The notes beneath the pieces were generated by a model. It searched no databases and was not told the origin of the DNA. It was given only the letters and a program-made list of their open reading frames with translations. Shown here one piece after another: positions 13,196 to 23,375 of a stretch of DNA of 64,000 nt. The stretch's first letter is position 1, and each line of letters starts with the position of its first letter. Where the stretch lies: positions 1,664,001 through 1,728,000 of the forward strand of contig OY760074.1 of the NCBI GenBank assembly GCA_963663035.1, in the 5' to 3' direction. The stretch is from Acidobacteriota bacterium. GTDB lineage: Bacteria > Acidobacteriota > UBA6911 > RPQK01 > JADFOI01. The position numbers were made by a program, and so were the translations under genes.

Positions 13196-13708
13196 TTACT
13201 CCAACCGGACCAGCCGGTACTGGATTGATCCGTCACGTGGTGCGAAAGCCGCTCTCAGAGTCAGGGTGAGCGAATCGCCTTCGAGTTCGTACTCATAGGA
13301 AAACGGCCTTTGCGTGATGGCATTGGGGTTTTTGGAGACCGTAATGTCAACGGTGATGGTGGAGTCAGTGACCTCATAGGTCCCCGCATTGGCAATGAAG
13401 TTGTCGTAAGCGGCCAATCGTTCTTCGTCGGTCGGTTGACTAGGGAACGGAAGGTGGGAGTCGGTCTCGACGAGCATAGTGCTGTAATAGCGATCGGTGA
13501 ACATGTAAAGGCCAGGCTGACCCTCTATGGTCGTCGACGTCCCATCGGCCGACGTCACGATGGCCTCGGTAATGCTCCACACACCTTCGAGGGGACCTCT
13601 CGCACTCACCTCAGGTTCGGCCGCGGTTTGCTCTTGCTGCGGCTCTGATGCACAGGCGGCAGACAAGGTGACGGCTAGGAGTAGAACAATGTTCAGAAAA
13701 ACTTTCAT
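13196..13708 (-). CDS. Lipocalin-like lipoprotein
   Basis: Lipobox LSAAC; LEGVW, GLYMFT, ANAGTYEV, YELEGDSLTL beta-barrel motifs. Confidence 0.75.
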   Translation of the reverse strand: MKVFLNIVLLLAVTLSAACASEPQQEQTAAEPEVSARGPLEGVWSITEAIVTSADGTSTTIEGQPGLYMFTDRYYSTMLVETDSHLPFPSQPTDEERLAAYDNFIANAGTYEVTDSTITVDITVSKNPNAITQRPFSYEYELEGDSLTLTLRAAFAPRDGSIQYRLVRLE

Positions 13709-13815
13709 GATTTCCTCCCTAGGATTGGTTGAACCGAGTAAGATCGAGCCCTTTTGTAGTTGATACTTATAGCACCCGGGGCAAAGTCGGGTCCACGACT
13801 GCCTGATCTCCCCAA

Positions 13816-13921
13816 ATTTTCACCACTCAAATCCGCACCCTATCCGCACCCTGGCCCAATTTGTCGTTTTGCGACACTTCACTCAACTTGACTCAACTGA
13901 TTGATTAAACAGGATTTAGAT
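13816..13921. repeat. att-like unit copy 2 (arm repeats and IHF-like site) abutting the tRNA 3' end
   Basis: ATCCGCACCCTATCCGCACCCT; AATCAATCAGTTG on the minus strand; repeat of 12596-12701. Confidence 0.85.
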
Positions 13922-13996
<75 letters not shown>

Positions 13997-13999
13997 TCT

Positions 14000-14796
14000 C
14001 CCAATGACCTTTGGTCTGCCGACTTCAAAGGAGAGTTCATGCTGGGAGACAAACGGTACTGTTATCCTCTCACCGTGAGCGATCACGCCAGCCGTTATCT
14101 GCTCGCCATCGAGGCTCTCGACAGTGTTAAGGAAAGAGGTGCTTTCCCCGTATTCGAGAGAACCTTTCAAGAGTTAGGTTTGCCGGAAGCGATCCGCACG
14201 GACAACGGAGTCCCTTTTGCATCACCCAACGGATTGTTTGGACTCAGTCGACTGGCCGTCTGGTGGCTTAGGCTAGGAATCCGAATCGAGAGGATCAAGC
14301 CCGGCCATCCCGAGCAGAACGGAAGGCATGAGCGCCTTCATCTCACCCTCAAGAAGGCCACAGTCGTTCCCGCTGCCCACAACCTTCTTCAGCAGCAAGA
14401 GAGGTTTAATGCCTTTCAGGCGGAATACAATACTGAGAGACCTCATGAGGCCCTGGGCATGAAGTTTCCGTCCGAGGTCTATACTCCCGCATCTTGTCCC
14501 TACCGAGGAATCGGGCGCGTCGAGTACCCCATGCACGATCGCACCGTGACCGTCACCAGCTGCGGCAGAATCTGTATGAAAAGTCAAAAGATCAACTTCA
14601 GCACGGTGTTTGCTGGTCAAGATGTTGGAATCAAAGAGGTCAAAGAGAAAATTTGGCTGGTGTCGTTTATGGAATACGACCTCGGTTACTTTGACGAAGA
14701 CAGTAGAAGGTTTGAACCTATAAATAACCCTTTTGGTGCAAAGGTGTTACCTATGTCTTCGGAATAAACTGTAACCTATGTGTCCGGAATGCACCG
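14000..14796 (+). mobile_element. IS481-family element, 5'-truncated (DDE core and right end)
   Basis: WSADFKG, IRTDNG, NGRHERLH, YNTERPHEAL; C-terminus NPFGAKVLPMS; terminal repeats TGTTACCTATGT/TGTAACCTATGT. Confidence 0.85.
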
Positions 14797-14804
14797 ATTT
14801 AGAT

Positions 14805-14871
14805 TGGAGCGGGAGACGGGAATCGAACCCGCGACGTCTTGGGAAGCTGGCATTCTCTGAATTACTCCCGC
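14805..14871 (-). pseudogene. Degenerate tRNA-Gly(CCC) copy
   Basis: Identical to 13922-13996 except two 4-nt deletions (anticodon stem and D-loop). Confidence 0.85.
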
Positions 14872-14877
14872 TCTTAA

Positions 14878-15001
14878 TGAAATCAGCTATTTACAAGAAA
14901 ACAAGTGACTTAAGAAAACGCCATAATGTCTCTCTAGTCTATGCTGTCTGTCAAAAACCCCCCATTCAGACAGCAAAATGGACAGCAAAACAGACAGCAT
15001 A
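14878..15001. repeat. Second att-arm-like region at the tRNA 5' side
   Basis: GACAGCA x3 (14969-15001), inverted TATGCTGTCTG at about 14940, IHF-like AT-rich motifs. Confidence 0.5.
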
Positions 15002-15081
15002 CCAGCCTGAGAATCCCACATTCTCAGGCTGGCTTTGGCAACGCGAAAAACTATACCACAGCGCAACAAAATCCATAAATC

Positions 15082-16488
15082 TTATCTCAACACTCGCAGA
15101 ATTTCGTCTCCGGCGATCCATTTCCGATCCTTGCCTATCAGCTTCTTTGGCTCGAGGCAAAACACTTTGGTTAGGACCTGTTGATAGCCATCTTTAAAGG
15201 GCAATCGCTGTACCTTTTCTTCAAGCTCCGTCTGGGCGATTTCCAGTTTTCTCCGGCCCAGAGACGATTTGACTTCCCCGACCAGAAGGAGCCGCCTATC
15301 CTCAGATTCCGAGACCACATCGACCTCAAGTGGTTTGCGATCAGCTCCAGTTCCCCACCATCGCTGCGCCGGCACCCATTCGATCCCCTCCACCTTCAGG
15401 TGAACAAAGGCACATCGAACCAAGTGCTCCCAGATCTCTCCACTGTGGCTTCCAAACTGCTTTTGAACGGCCTCCCTCACCGGTCTTACCATTCCGGACT
15501 CGAGACGAGAGCGGTTCGGTTCTACGTAACGAAACCAGAACGCTAAAAAGGGATCATCAATGCGATACAAAGTTTTTTTTGAACTTCTTGGTGGGGCCCC
15601 GAAAGGCTGTTCACGTCGAATGAGTTCTAGCTCTAACAATCGATATAGCGGGCGGGTGAGCGACGTTGCCGGCTTCCCCAGCCGCCCAGCTATCTCGGAC
15701 ATGCGATGGCATCCCTGCCCGATCAGAGAAAGGATCGATGCTGCCTGAGCTGTCTCGCGTAAATCATCCAGCAGCAGCCGAGTAGGTTCATGATGAAGTA
15801 CCCCCAAAGGATCCAGTACCAGCTCTTCGACCGCATGCCAACTGTTTTTGTACACGGCTGCCAGCTCCCAGTAACGGGGCACTCCTCCCCAAATGGAATA
15901 CGCTTCCACCATTTCGGTCGGTTTCGATATCTTGAGTGCTCTACCAATCCATGCTGCTCCCAAAGATTGAATGTGTAGTATCTCCTGCGCCCTTCCATAT
16001 AGGGGTGCAGAGGCATCGAGCACCAGGCCCTGCATCATTCGCTGGGAGGACCCACAGATCACAAGATGTAAGGCCCTTGCCCTGTTTTGATCCACGAGTC
16101 GCTGCAAGAGACTTGGCAATTCCGCACTTGCCTTGGCAAGGTAGGGAAATTCGTCCAAGGCCAGTACAACACCCGGAGGTGCATCATTCCACCACCGTTG
16201 AAACAAGCTGTCCCAGTCAGGGTACTCAACGGAGGCAAAACCGGGGAGCACCTGTTCTATGGCCACAGCCAACGCGGCTCGCTGCAAAGTCGGCTCGCGT
16301 TCGTCCGCGACGTAATAAACGGACTTTCGAGGCCTGAGCGTTTCCTGGAGGAGACGCGACTTGCCGCACCGCCGGCGCCCGTACAAACAGCAAAAAGTAC
16401 TCTCGCTAGAGGCGAACGCCTTCTGCAGGCGGGCTTTCTCACTTTCTCGATCCAGGAATGGTAGCCGCACGGAATAGTTCTCCTTCAA
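15082..16488 (-). CDS. Archaeal-type AAA ATPase with wHTH and DUF234/PD-(D/E)XK-like C-terminus
   Basis: FLDRESE, YGRRRCGKS, LDEFPYL, CGSS, GGVPRY, YRIDDPFLAFWFRY, EVDVV...GEVK. Confidence 0.88.
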   Translation of the reverse strand: MKENYSVRLPFLDRESEKARLQKAFASSESTFCCLYGRRRCGKSRLLQETLRPRKSVYYVADEREPTLQRAALAVAIEQVLPGFASVEYPDWDSLFQRWWNDAPPGVVLALDEFPYLAKASAELPSLLQRLVDQNRARALHLVICGSSQRMMQGLVLDASAPLYGRAQEILHIQSLGAAWIGRALKISKPTEMVEAYSIWGGVPRYWELAAVYKNSWHAVEELVLDPLGVLHHEPTRLLLDDLRETAQAASILSLIGQGCHRMSEIAGRLGKPATSLTRPLYRLLELELIRREQPFGAPPRSSKKTLYRIDDPFLAFWFRYVEPNRSRLESGMVRPVREAVQKQFGSHSGEIWEHLVRCAFVHLKVEGIEWVPAQRWWGTGADRKPLEVDVVSESEDRRLLLVGEVKSSLGRRKLEIAQTELEEKVQRLPFKDGYQQVLTKVFCLEPKKLIGKDRKWIAGDEILRVLR

Positions 16489-16593
16489 TGGGTGAATAAT
16501 GTTTGTCCAACATTATGTTTGTACTGCATCATTATCGCAGGTGTCAAGATTCCGTTTCATTTTCAACTAAAGTTTTGTGTCCCCTCCTCGCAG

Positions 16594-16716
16594 AAGCGGT
16601 GGAACTGTGGGAAACGGTGAGCGCCAGCGAGCCGTTTTCAAAGCGCTGTGGGAACGGATGGGAAAAGTCCTTTGGATTTTTCCACGGTTTCCAGAGCGCG
16701 GCAGTTTCTACGGCTT
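16594..16716. repeat. Structured palindromic element (IS-end/MITE-like)
   Basis: Imperfect terminal IR AAGCGGTGGAACTG / GCAGTTTCTACGGCTT; internal GGAAAAGTCC-TTT-GGATTTTTCC hairpin; repeated TGTGGGAA. Confidence 0.45.
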
Positions 16717-17038
16717 GCTCCCAACCGAACCACAGCGATTTAGCTCGTTAGCTTGGGTATACCTTCCTTCGGGCTAAAGAGGGTCGAAGAGCAGGTCTGG
16801 CCCATAGGAGATCGTTGGTTGTAGGGCAACCTCGAGGAACTTTTTCCCGCCGTTTCGCCTTAGTCTTTTGTCGCTTTGCTTGGGCCACGTTTTTCGATCC
16901 AAAGCAAAGGTAAAGAACGAATCACCCGATTACACCTCAACCGACCTGGTGCACTGAGGGTGCCACATCATGCTGTTTTTAAGGTATGACATGGTTTGGG
17001 AAACATTTGGTGGCATTCCCATTTCTTCCCGTTAAACT

Positions 17039-17325
17039 TTCCTACGACATGCACCTTTGCACCCTTTCTTTTCTTTTCTTTTTCTAATTAATTGAAAAAT
17101 AAAGAGATAAGAAGAAGAGAAGTAGGGTGCAAGTGAGGGTGCAAGTGGGTGCAAGTGGGAAGTGGAATGTTTTCTATAGTTTAGAAGGTGCATATCGCTG
17201 AAACCCAGGCGGGGAAAGGGTTTCAAAAATCGCTCCAGGGTGCAAGTGAAAACGCCCTTTTTCCACTTGCACCCGCTGAAACCCGCGTCATTACTGGAAG
17301 GGTGCAAGGGTGCATGTTGTAGGAA
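17039..17325. repeat. Iteron-like cluster 1 (GGGTGCAAG) bounded by a 28-bp inverted repeat
   Basis: About 10 GGTGCA copies in both orientations around an AT/purine-rich core; IR 17039-17066 vs 17298-17325 (2 mismatches). Confidence 0.7.
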
Positions 17326-17610
17326 GATCTCAAAGAAAACTAATGAGCTAAAACCCTTAAATCATTCTCACCATGTGTTGTCTTGTGTCATTCCCAAAAT
17401 TGTCTGGTTGTCGCTTGAAATGTTTAATCGACGGGATGAAAGGTCGAAGACTTGAGCAAACCGGGAGCGGCTAAAGGAGTAGCAGAAAATACAGATGCCA
17501 TTCCGGTGCAGTCTGTGTTGCCCCTAAGTTTTCTCATAAATTGCGCTGCTCTTACCTTATTGCCGATTTTTGAATTGGGCGTGGGAAGGTTGGGGTGTGG
17601 GAGCGGGAAA

Positions 17611-17970
17611 ATGCCACAAAACCTTAATTTTGTGGCATCGAATTTCGGGCTTCTGGAACGAATTTTTCGTTCTGAAAGCCGCGTCTGGTGCGGGTCCCAG
17701 GACCGTACCGGCGGGCAAGGGGGTGTCTGGAGGCAGGGAAAGTTGCCACAAAACATTGTTATTAGCCACAAAACATTTACCTAAGCCACAAAACATTGTT
17801 ATTAGCCACAAAAGTGAGCTTTTGTGGACGGTTTTTTACGATTTTTTGAAGAAATTGGCGAGAAGGTGTCTGAAGGCAAGAAAAAGTGGCACAAAACATT
17901 GTTATTAGCCACAAAACATTTACCTAAGCCACAAAACATTGTTATTGGCCACCAAATATTTGCCACTAAA
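17611..17970. repeat. Iteron-like cluster 2: 20-bp-period GCCACAAAACAT repeats in two blocks plus a palindrome
   Basis: Units at 17745, 17765, 17785, 17805 and 17888, 17908, 17928, 17948; palindrome ATGCCACAAAA-CCTTAA-TTTTGTGGCAT at 17611. Confidence 0.8.
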
Positions 17971-18244
17971 TGTGAGTTCCCCTCCGGGGATGTCGAGAAA
18001 GAGGAAAACCTCCTCCCCGTACAGATTAAGCAATTGATCGCTGATCAAGATGAAGCCACGCTCAAACTTTTCCTGGCGCTCCAGGAACAAATAGTGGAGT
18101 TCAGAGAGTATATAGGGAAAAGAGGAGGGGAAAAATAAGGAGGGTTGTCGTTCCGGCTTAGGCCACAATCCGAGTCCCAATGCCCCGAATTTTGCCATCT
18201 AGAACAAGACAGGACCCGACACCCCCCACTGCTACAATCGAGCT

Positions 18245-18475
18245 TTGATGAGAAAAAGCGCAATCATCGCGAAATGTCTCGTAAACTCGAACATGATGAC
18301 TCGGCTGGAAGACGCCGAGTGTGCCGTGGAGAAGATATTTATTGGGAAGTTTCCAAACTCAAACTTTTCTAAATGGAATCAAGAAATCAATGACAAGATC
18401 GCGGAACATATTATCCGAACCGTTGGGCGGGCATCCCGCATCAACGTCAACAGATTCATCAAAGACCTCTGGTAA
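18245..18475 (+). CDS. Small hypothetical protein
   Basis: 76-aa ORF with globular protein-like composition; no recognised motif. Confidence 0.45.
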   Translation: MMRKSAIIAKCLVNSNMMTRLEDAECAVEKIFIGKFPNSNFSKWNQEINDKIAEHIIRTVGRASRINVNRFIKDLW

Positions 18476-18592
18476 AACCGTTTCCAAGCAAGACCACCCG
18501 ACAGCACCAATCCCCCCGAGCAAAAGGGACCTTCCCAAGAAGCTCCACCTTTTTTTCAGCAGCTTGGCGGACCGTCCTGCTATTCTGAATAG

Positions 18593-19012
18593 ATGGATGG
18601 CGTAACGCATAAAGTCGTAGGGGCGGCCACAGGGACGTTCGGCGCACTCAAACTCTGCGAGGAACAACAGCTGATTCCGGACTTCCTCGATCTCTTGATT
18701 ATGCTTTGTGCCGGAATTTTGGGTGGCCGCATGGCTGATATCCTAGAGCCCGCAACCAATCCTTGGCACCGCGCCGCAGCTCACTCCGTGCCTATAGCAG
18801 GCTTGGTCGCTCATGCTATCCAGGCGATTTCCGACAATGACCGCTGCCCTGAATGGCTCCAGCAAAATCATCGCTGGAGACTTTAGCTCCTGTCCTTCCT
18901 TTGGGGATACGCAAGGCACCTTGCTCTCGATCTTTTGACCGCAAATGGCCTTCCACTCCTCAACCCCGGAAAAGGCGTCACTGTCCATCCGCTCCTTCCA
19001 GCTTCACAGTAA
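18593..19012 (+). pseudogene. YdjM-like membrane metal-dependent hydrolase with internal TAG
   Basis: TH..., GG.MADILEP, HRAAAHS; in-frame TAG at 18884 then GYARHLALDLLTANGLPLL to TAA at 19012. Confidence 0.75.
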
Positions 19013-19062
19013 GTAGTGATGGTGAGTACTACTATGCTCAGTGAAGAAAGCCACAACTGATC

Positions 19063-19413
19063 ATGCCAATTGTCCGAGCACTGCCAAGCCTTCAATCAGG
19101 AAAAGCATTCTTAGAGTTGCGTAATGACTTCGATCAGCCGGTAACGCTGAAGGGTATGTTCCTGGCTACAAGCTCGGCAGGCCCGCTTACAGCCTTATTG
19201 GACGAACCTAAAGAACTTACTCCCGGGAAACCACACCATACTGACATCACAGAAAAATTGCGCTCCCTGTTTGCCCAACACACTTCGAACGCGCAAGATA
19301 AAGTAGTGAGTATCTCGCTCAGCTTGGAACCCGAACCACCCAACCAGCCGCAAGCATCCCACTACATTTTGAGATTTGAAGATGGGCGCTTAACCCAATT
19401 CTCTAGCGGTTAA
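19063..19413 (+). CDS. Hypothetical protein
   Basis: 116-aa ORF with ATG start; no recognised motif. Confidence 0.5.
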   Translation: MPIVRALPSLQSGKAFLELRNDFDQPVTLKGMFLATSSAGPLTALLDEPKELTPGKPHHTDITEKLRSLFAQHTSNAQDKVVSISLSLEPEPPNQPQASHYILRFEDGRLTQFSSG

Positions 19414-19452
19414 AAAACGCTTTCGGCCTCCCTCTTCTTTTTCTTGCCGTTT

Positions 19453-20766
19453 CTAGTCCAGGTCACCGATAACGCTGGTTTTTGCAAAGTCATCACCAAT
19501 GGTCAGTTGCACGTCGACTGGATTGACTAACTCTGATAGATTGGCATCTTCACCATCGGCGTCGAAAGCGAAGCTATCATTTCCGAGCGGTGTGATCTCG
19601 ATCTCTAACTCTACTCCCCTAATCTCACCCTCAAATTCAAAGGTTCCGGCAACTAACTCGAAAGAGCCAGCAGGAGTTGTTAAATGGAGGGTGTCTATGG
19701 ACAGGGTAACACTTTCCGTGAGCAGGTCTATGCCATTGTTCCCTTCACCTAGTGTAAACGTGCCTTCAATCTCGAACCCATTAAGAGCTGCTATAGTTTC
19801 CAGTTCACCGACTTCAAAATTAGCCTCCACTGCCAGATCCCCACGGTAGTTATAGGTGAAGGTTATGACCTTTCCAGCCTCAATAGTCCCTACCTCGTGC
19901 CTTATGTCATTAACACCCCCGGCTGTTGCGTAGCTAACAATCTCTAACCGAAACTCGGTTCCAGAAAGCCCATGAAGATCGATTTGATACACTCCTACCA
20001 GAGGCTCAACCGTGTCAAAGCTTAGAGACGGGTTTGTTGGGAAACCCCCATTTTGTGGGTCATCATCACCGACGGAATCACTACCGAAGGTTGCATTGGG
20101 AATCCCAAACACTGATCCCCCGGTGTCGGGGTCGAGTCCTTCCTGCCTTCCAAGGGGATCCGTAATAAGAAAATCGGCATCCCCTGTGACAACAAAGATC
20201 AAATAGCCCGGATCTTCTTCCGGCCGGTAGATCCGCATCGATTTAGCGGTGTTACCATAGGCAAGAAGAGTAGTCTCAGCATACCCCGGATCCTTAATGG
20301 TGTGTGTATTCACTCCATTAACTACAGTTTGACCGTCAACGACAACAAAGTGTGTACCGTTGGGTCCATCGACCTGTAAGATTACCGGATTCCCATTGCA
20401 GAGCTCCTCATTGAGGACATTTACGTCATACTCATCAGTGAATATCTTAAGATCGAGGGTGCCACCGGAGAGCGTCCCAAACTCGAGAACCTCACGCCAG
20501 CTCATGTTCCCGTCGTTGAGGAATCCTCCTGGTTGCGTCCTAAGAAACTTATTGAGGGTACCGGGATCGACTGGTTTTCCATCAGGATCTGTGTCAATAC
20601 CATACGCCCTCAATACCATCCCAGCTGAAGCAATTGCACAGCCTTTGTTCCGCATTTTTTGTCCTTCGAGGTGGTCGAAGGGGTCATTTGCCCAAGGTTC
20701 TAAGGTCCCATCCACCTTAACCCCTTGCTTGAAAAGGAGGGGGACGTCCACTGTACATGGCACAAT
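19453..20766 (-). pseudogene. C-terminal part of a peptidase C39-like domain protein, truncated by IS3
   Basis: GCAIASAGMVL (Cys), THFVVV (His), IKDPG (Asp); 5' end replaced by the IS3 terminus. Confidence 0.75.
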
Positions 20767-22033
20767 TGACCTGCCCCCACGAACGAGTCCACCCTCTATG
20801 CTAGACCCGGGACCATTTGAAGTCCACTCCAAGGGATTGGATCCAGTGCCTGCGACCTAGGTAGTTTGGCCTCTGGCGCCGGCGGCCGATAGGCCAAGGC
20901 GCTGTGAGGCCGGATCTGATTGTAATCCCTCCGCCAGCGTTCTACCAACACCTTGGCTTCCCCCAGCGTGTCGAAGATCTCCATGTTCAGCAGCTCATCC
21001 CGTAGTTTCCCGTTGAAACTCTCAATGTACCCATTCTCCCAGGGGCTGCCCGGCTCGATGTACAAGGTCCTTACCCCAACAGCCTGCAGCCAGTCCCGGA
21101 CCGCCTGTGCCGTAAACTCCGATCCGTTATCGGACCGGATAAACTCAGGCACTCCCCGATCAACGAATAACTCCGCCAGCCGGTCCAACACGTCTTGGTG
21201 ATTCATCTGCCGTTTCACATCAATGGCGAGGCACTCTCTGGTGTACTCATCCAGGATCGTCAATAGCCGAAAGGCTCGCCCATCATGGGTCCGTTCATGC
21301 ACGAAATCATAGCTCCAGACGTGGTTCTTGCGAGCCGCTCGTAACCGAACACAGGAACCGTCATTAAGCCACAGCCTCCTTCGTTTCGGCTGTCTGGACG
21401 GGACTTTCAGCCCTTCTTGTCTCCACAGCCTCTCCACCCGCTTAGGATTCACCTTCCACCCTTCCCCATGAAGTATCGCCGTGACCCGCCGGTAGCCATA
21501 ACGCCCGTATTGCGTAGCCAACTCCACCATCCGGGCCACCAATCGGGCCTCATCATCGGGAATTTGCCTTTCCCTTCGCTGGGTCGATCGAACCTGTCCC
21601 AGCACTTGGCAGGCCCGACGTTCGGAGACTCGCTCTGCTCCTAATCGCTCTCGTACCCACATCACCGCTCGTCTCCTGTTCGCCGGGCCTAGAAGTTTCC
21701 CGAGGACACTTCCTTCAGGATCTGCTTGTCCAAAGACAGATCCGCCACCAGCTTCTTCAACCGGGTATTCTCCTTCTCCAACACCTTCAACCTCTTGGCC
21801 TGGTCCAACCGGAGCCCTCCGTACTCTTTGCGCCACCGGTAGTAGGTCTGCTCGCTCACCCCCATCTGCTTCGACACCTGTCCCACCCTCTGTCCTTGGG
21901 CCAGACCCACCTCTGCCTCACGCAGCTTCATGATGATCTGTTCTGCCCTAAACCGCTTCCCTGCCATCCTTGCCTCCTTCCTAAACCGGAAATCCTAACA
22001 TTCAAACTGGACTCGTTTTAGGGGGCAAGGTCA
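20767..22033 (-). mobile_element. IS3-family element copy 1 (1267 bp)
   Basis: IRs TGACCTGCCCCC / GGGGGCAAGGTCA; orfA/orfB with GGGAAAC slippery site; near-identical to 58252-59518. Confidence 0.95.
20796..21967 (-). CDS. IS3 transposase (orfA 21689-21967 plus orfB via -1 frameshift)
   Basis: HTH orfA; [31 protein letters not shown] motifs. Confidence 0.92.
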
Positions 22034-22929
22034 GGTTGCCGTAATAGATCAGGTCAATGCCGGGATAGACTCCGCGCTTTGCCACTTTGCTATAGCTTGG
22101 AACGTTTGTGTGCCACTTTTCAGGATCGTTGCCGATAAAGTAGTGACTCTTGCTGGAAAGCTCCTCCAGAGCTATCAGCTCTGCCTCGCGATTCGCTCCC
22201 ATAAGTTTCATACGCACTGCGGTCAGCATCGTGGGCTCAGTCTCCTCTGCTTGGGCCCAGAACTCGTGCAGTCGATGATCCACCTCGCATCGTCAACAGC
22301 CAAGATCCCCAAGAGTCGGCACAAAGCGGCCTGCGGCAGATTTGCCCTGTTTTACAACTATCAAACACGGGGCCGCAGCTTTGTGCAAAACTTGCTGGAA
22401 AGCACACGCACCTCACTCGCGCCCAAGATGCCACCTCAGCTGGTGCCCTAGAAATAGGTTGTAGCCATCGCCGCGCGCCAGAAAATTCACCGATGCAATG
22501 GATCCGTTTGGCAGGAGAAAGCCGCCTGATGTCTATTTACACCTGACCTTACTCCGCGCTGCCAAAGCTGGAACAGCCACTTTTCGGCAGCCTAGAGCTA
22601 TCAGCTCTGCCTCCGTAGGTCTGCAGGACTCTTTTCTTAACCGGGACGATCAGTTTGCCCTGTCAACGTGCCGGTTTCCGAGGAAATAGGCTTGGCTGCT
22701 TCACCGATGCATCCGTTTGGCCCTGATTAGGCTCAAAGCTCAGCGGCAGCCTACCGTAGGTCTGCAGGACTCTTTTCTTAAGGGACTCAGAAACGGTTTC
22801 CGAGGCAGGCTTGGCTGCTTCCTCCCTCAGTACACCCTTGTGTGGCAGTGGTTCTTGGGTTTGGGCCAGAATTGGCCCAGCAGGAATTAAGCAAAAGACA
22901 AGAGACAAGATTAGCGTGCTAGTTTTCAT
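22034..22929 (-). pseudogene. N-terminal part of an SBBP/beta-propeller-type secreted protein, scrambled and cut by IS3
   Basis: Signal peptide; YGRLPLSFEPNQGQTD; [20 protein letters not shown]...[12 protein letters not shown]. Confidence 0.75.
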
Positions 22930-23028
22930 TACCTCTCCCAGGTGTAAAAAAAATTGAAACGGCTTTTCTTGGAATAGTAAGCCCCTGCCTTATTAGGCTA
23001 AGGACTTTTTCAACGTGGAACGGATAAC

Positions 23029-23044
23029 AGCAAGACCAGTGCCA
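23029..23044 (-). promoter_or_regulatory. Sigma-54 -24/-12 promoter
   Basis: TGGCAC-TGGTC-TTGCT, 100 bp upstream of the 22929 start. Confidence 0.7.
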
Positions 23045-23375
23045 AAAAGGATAACTGACGCAGAGAAGCCTGTCAAACCCTTTATCTTCTCATTTACCTT
23101 GCCATTTGACTGAGCACCGAGGAGTTCGCACTGAAGCAATTTGTCAACTGAAGTGGTTTCTTGTCAATTTGCATTTACACTCATCAGCTTTGTTTCGGCC
23201 TCCAGGGCAAAAAAGCACACGCCGTCTGCTCGCCATAGATGGTTGCGATGTGGGGATGAATTCAGCGAGGCGGAGAGTTTCAAGTCCGAAGACTAGGGGG
23301 ACGCCATACAATCACAGGGAATTTGAGAGCATCGCGCTATTAGCCATGCTGATCTCCACTGCCGCAATCGGCAAG

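Noticed and set aside
17680-17735. Phage cos/packaging site
   Set aside because: Only a vague GC-rich resemblance, with no terminase or HNH gene to support it
17745-17960. CRISPR array
   Set aside because: The period is only 20 bp, the variable parts are 8 nt and themselves repeat, and no cas genes are present
18884-18886. Amber stop-codon recoding
   Set aside because: TAG terminates intact genes such as infA and the HugZ-like gene, and no pyl genes are seen
19453-20832. Shared N-terminus MEWTSNGPG in ORFs 19453-20832 and 57706-58317 as a conserved leader
   Set aside because: It is read from the IS3 terminal sequence in both copies
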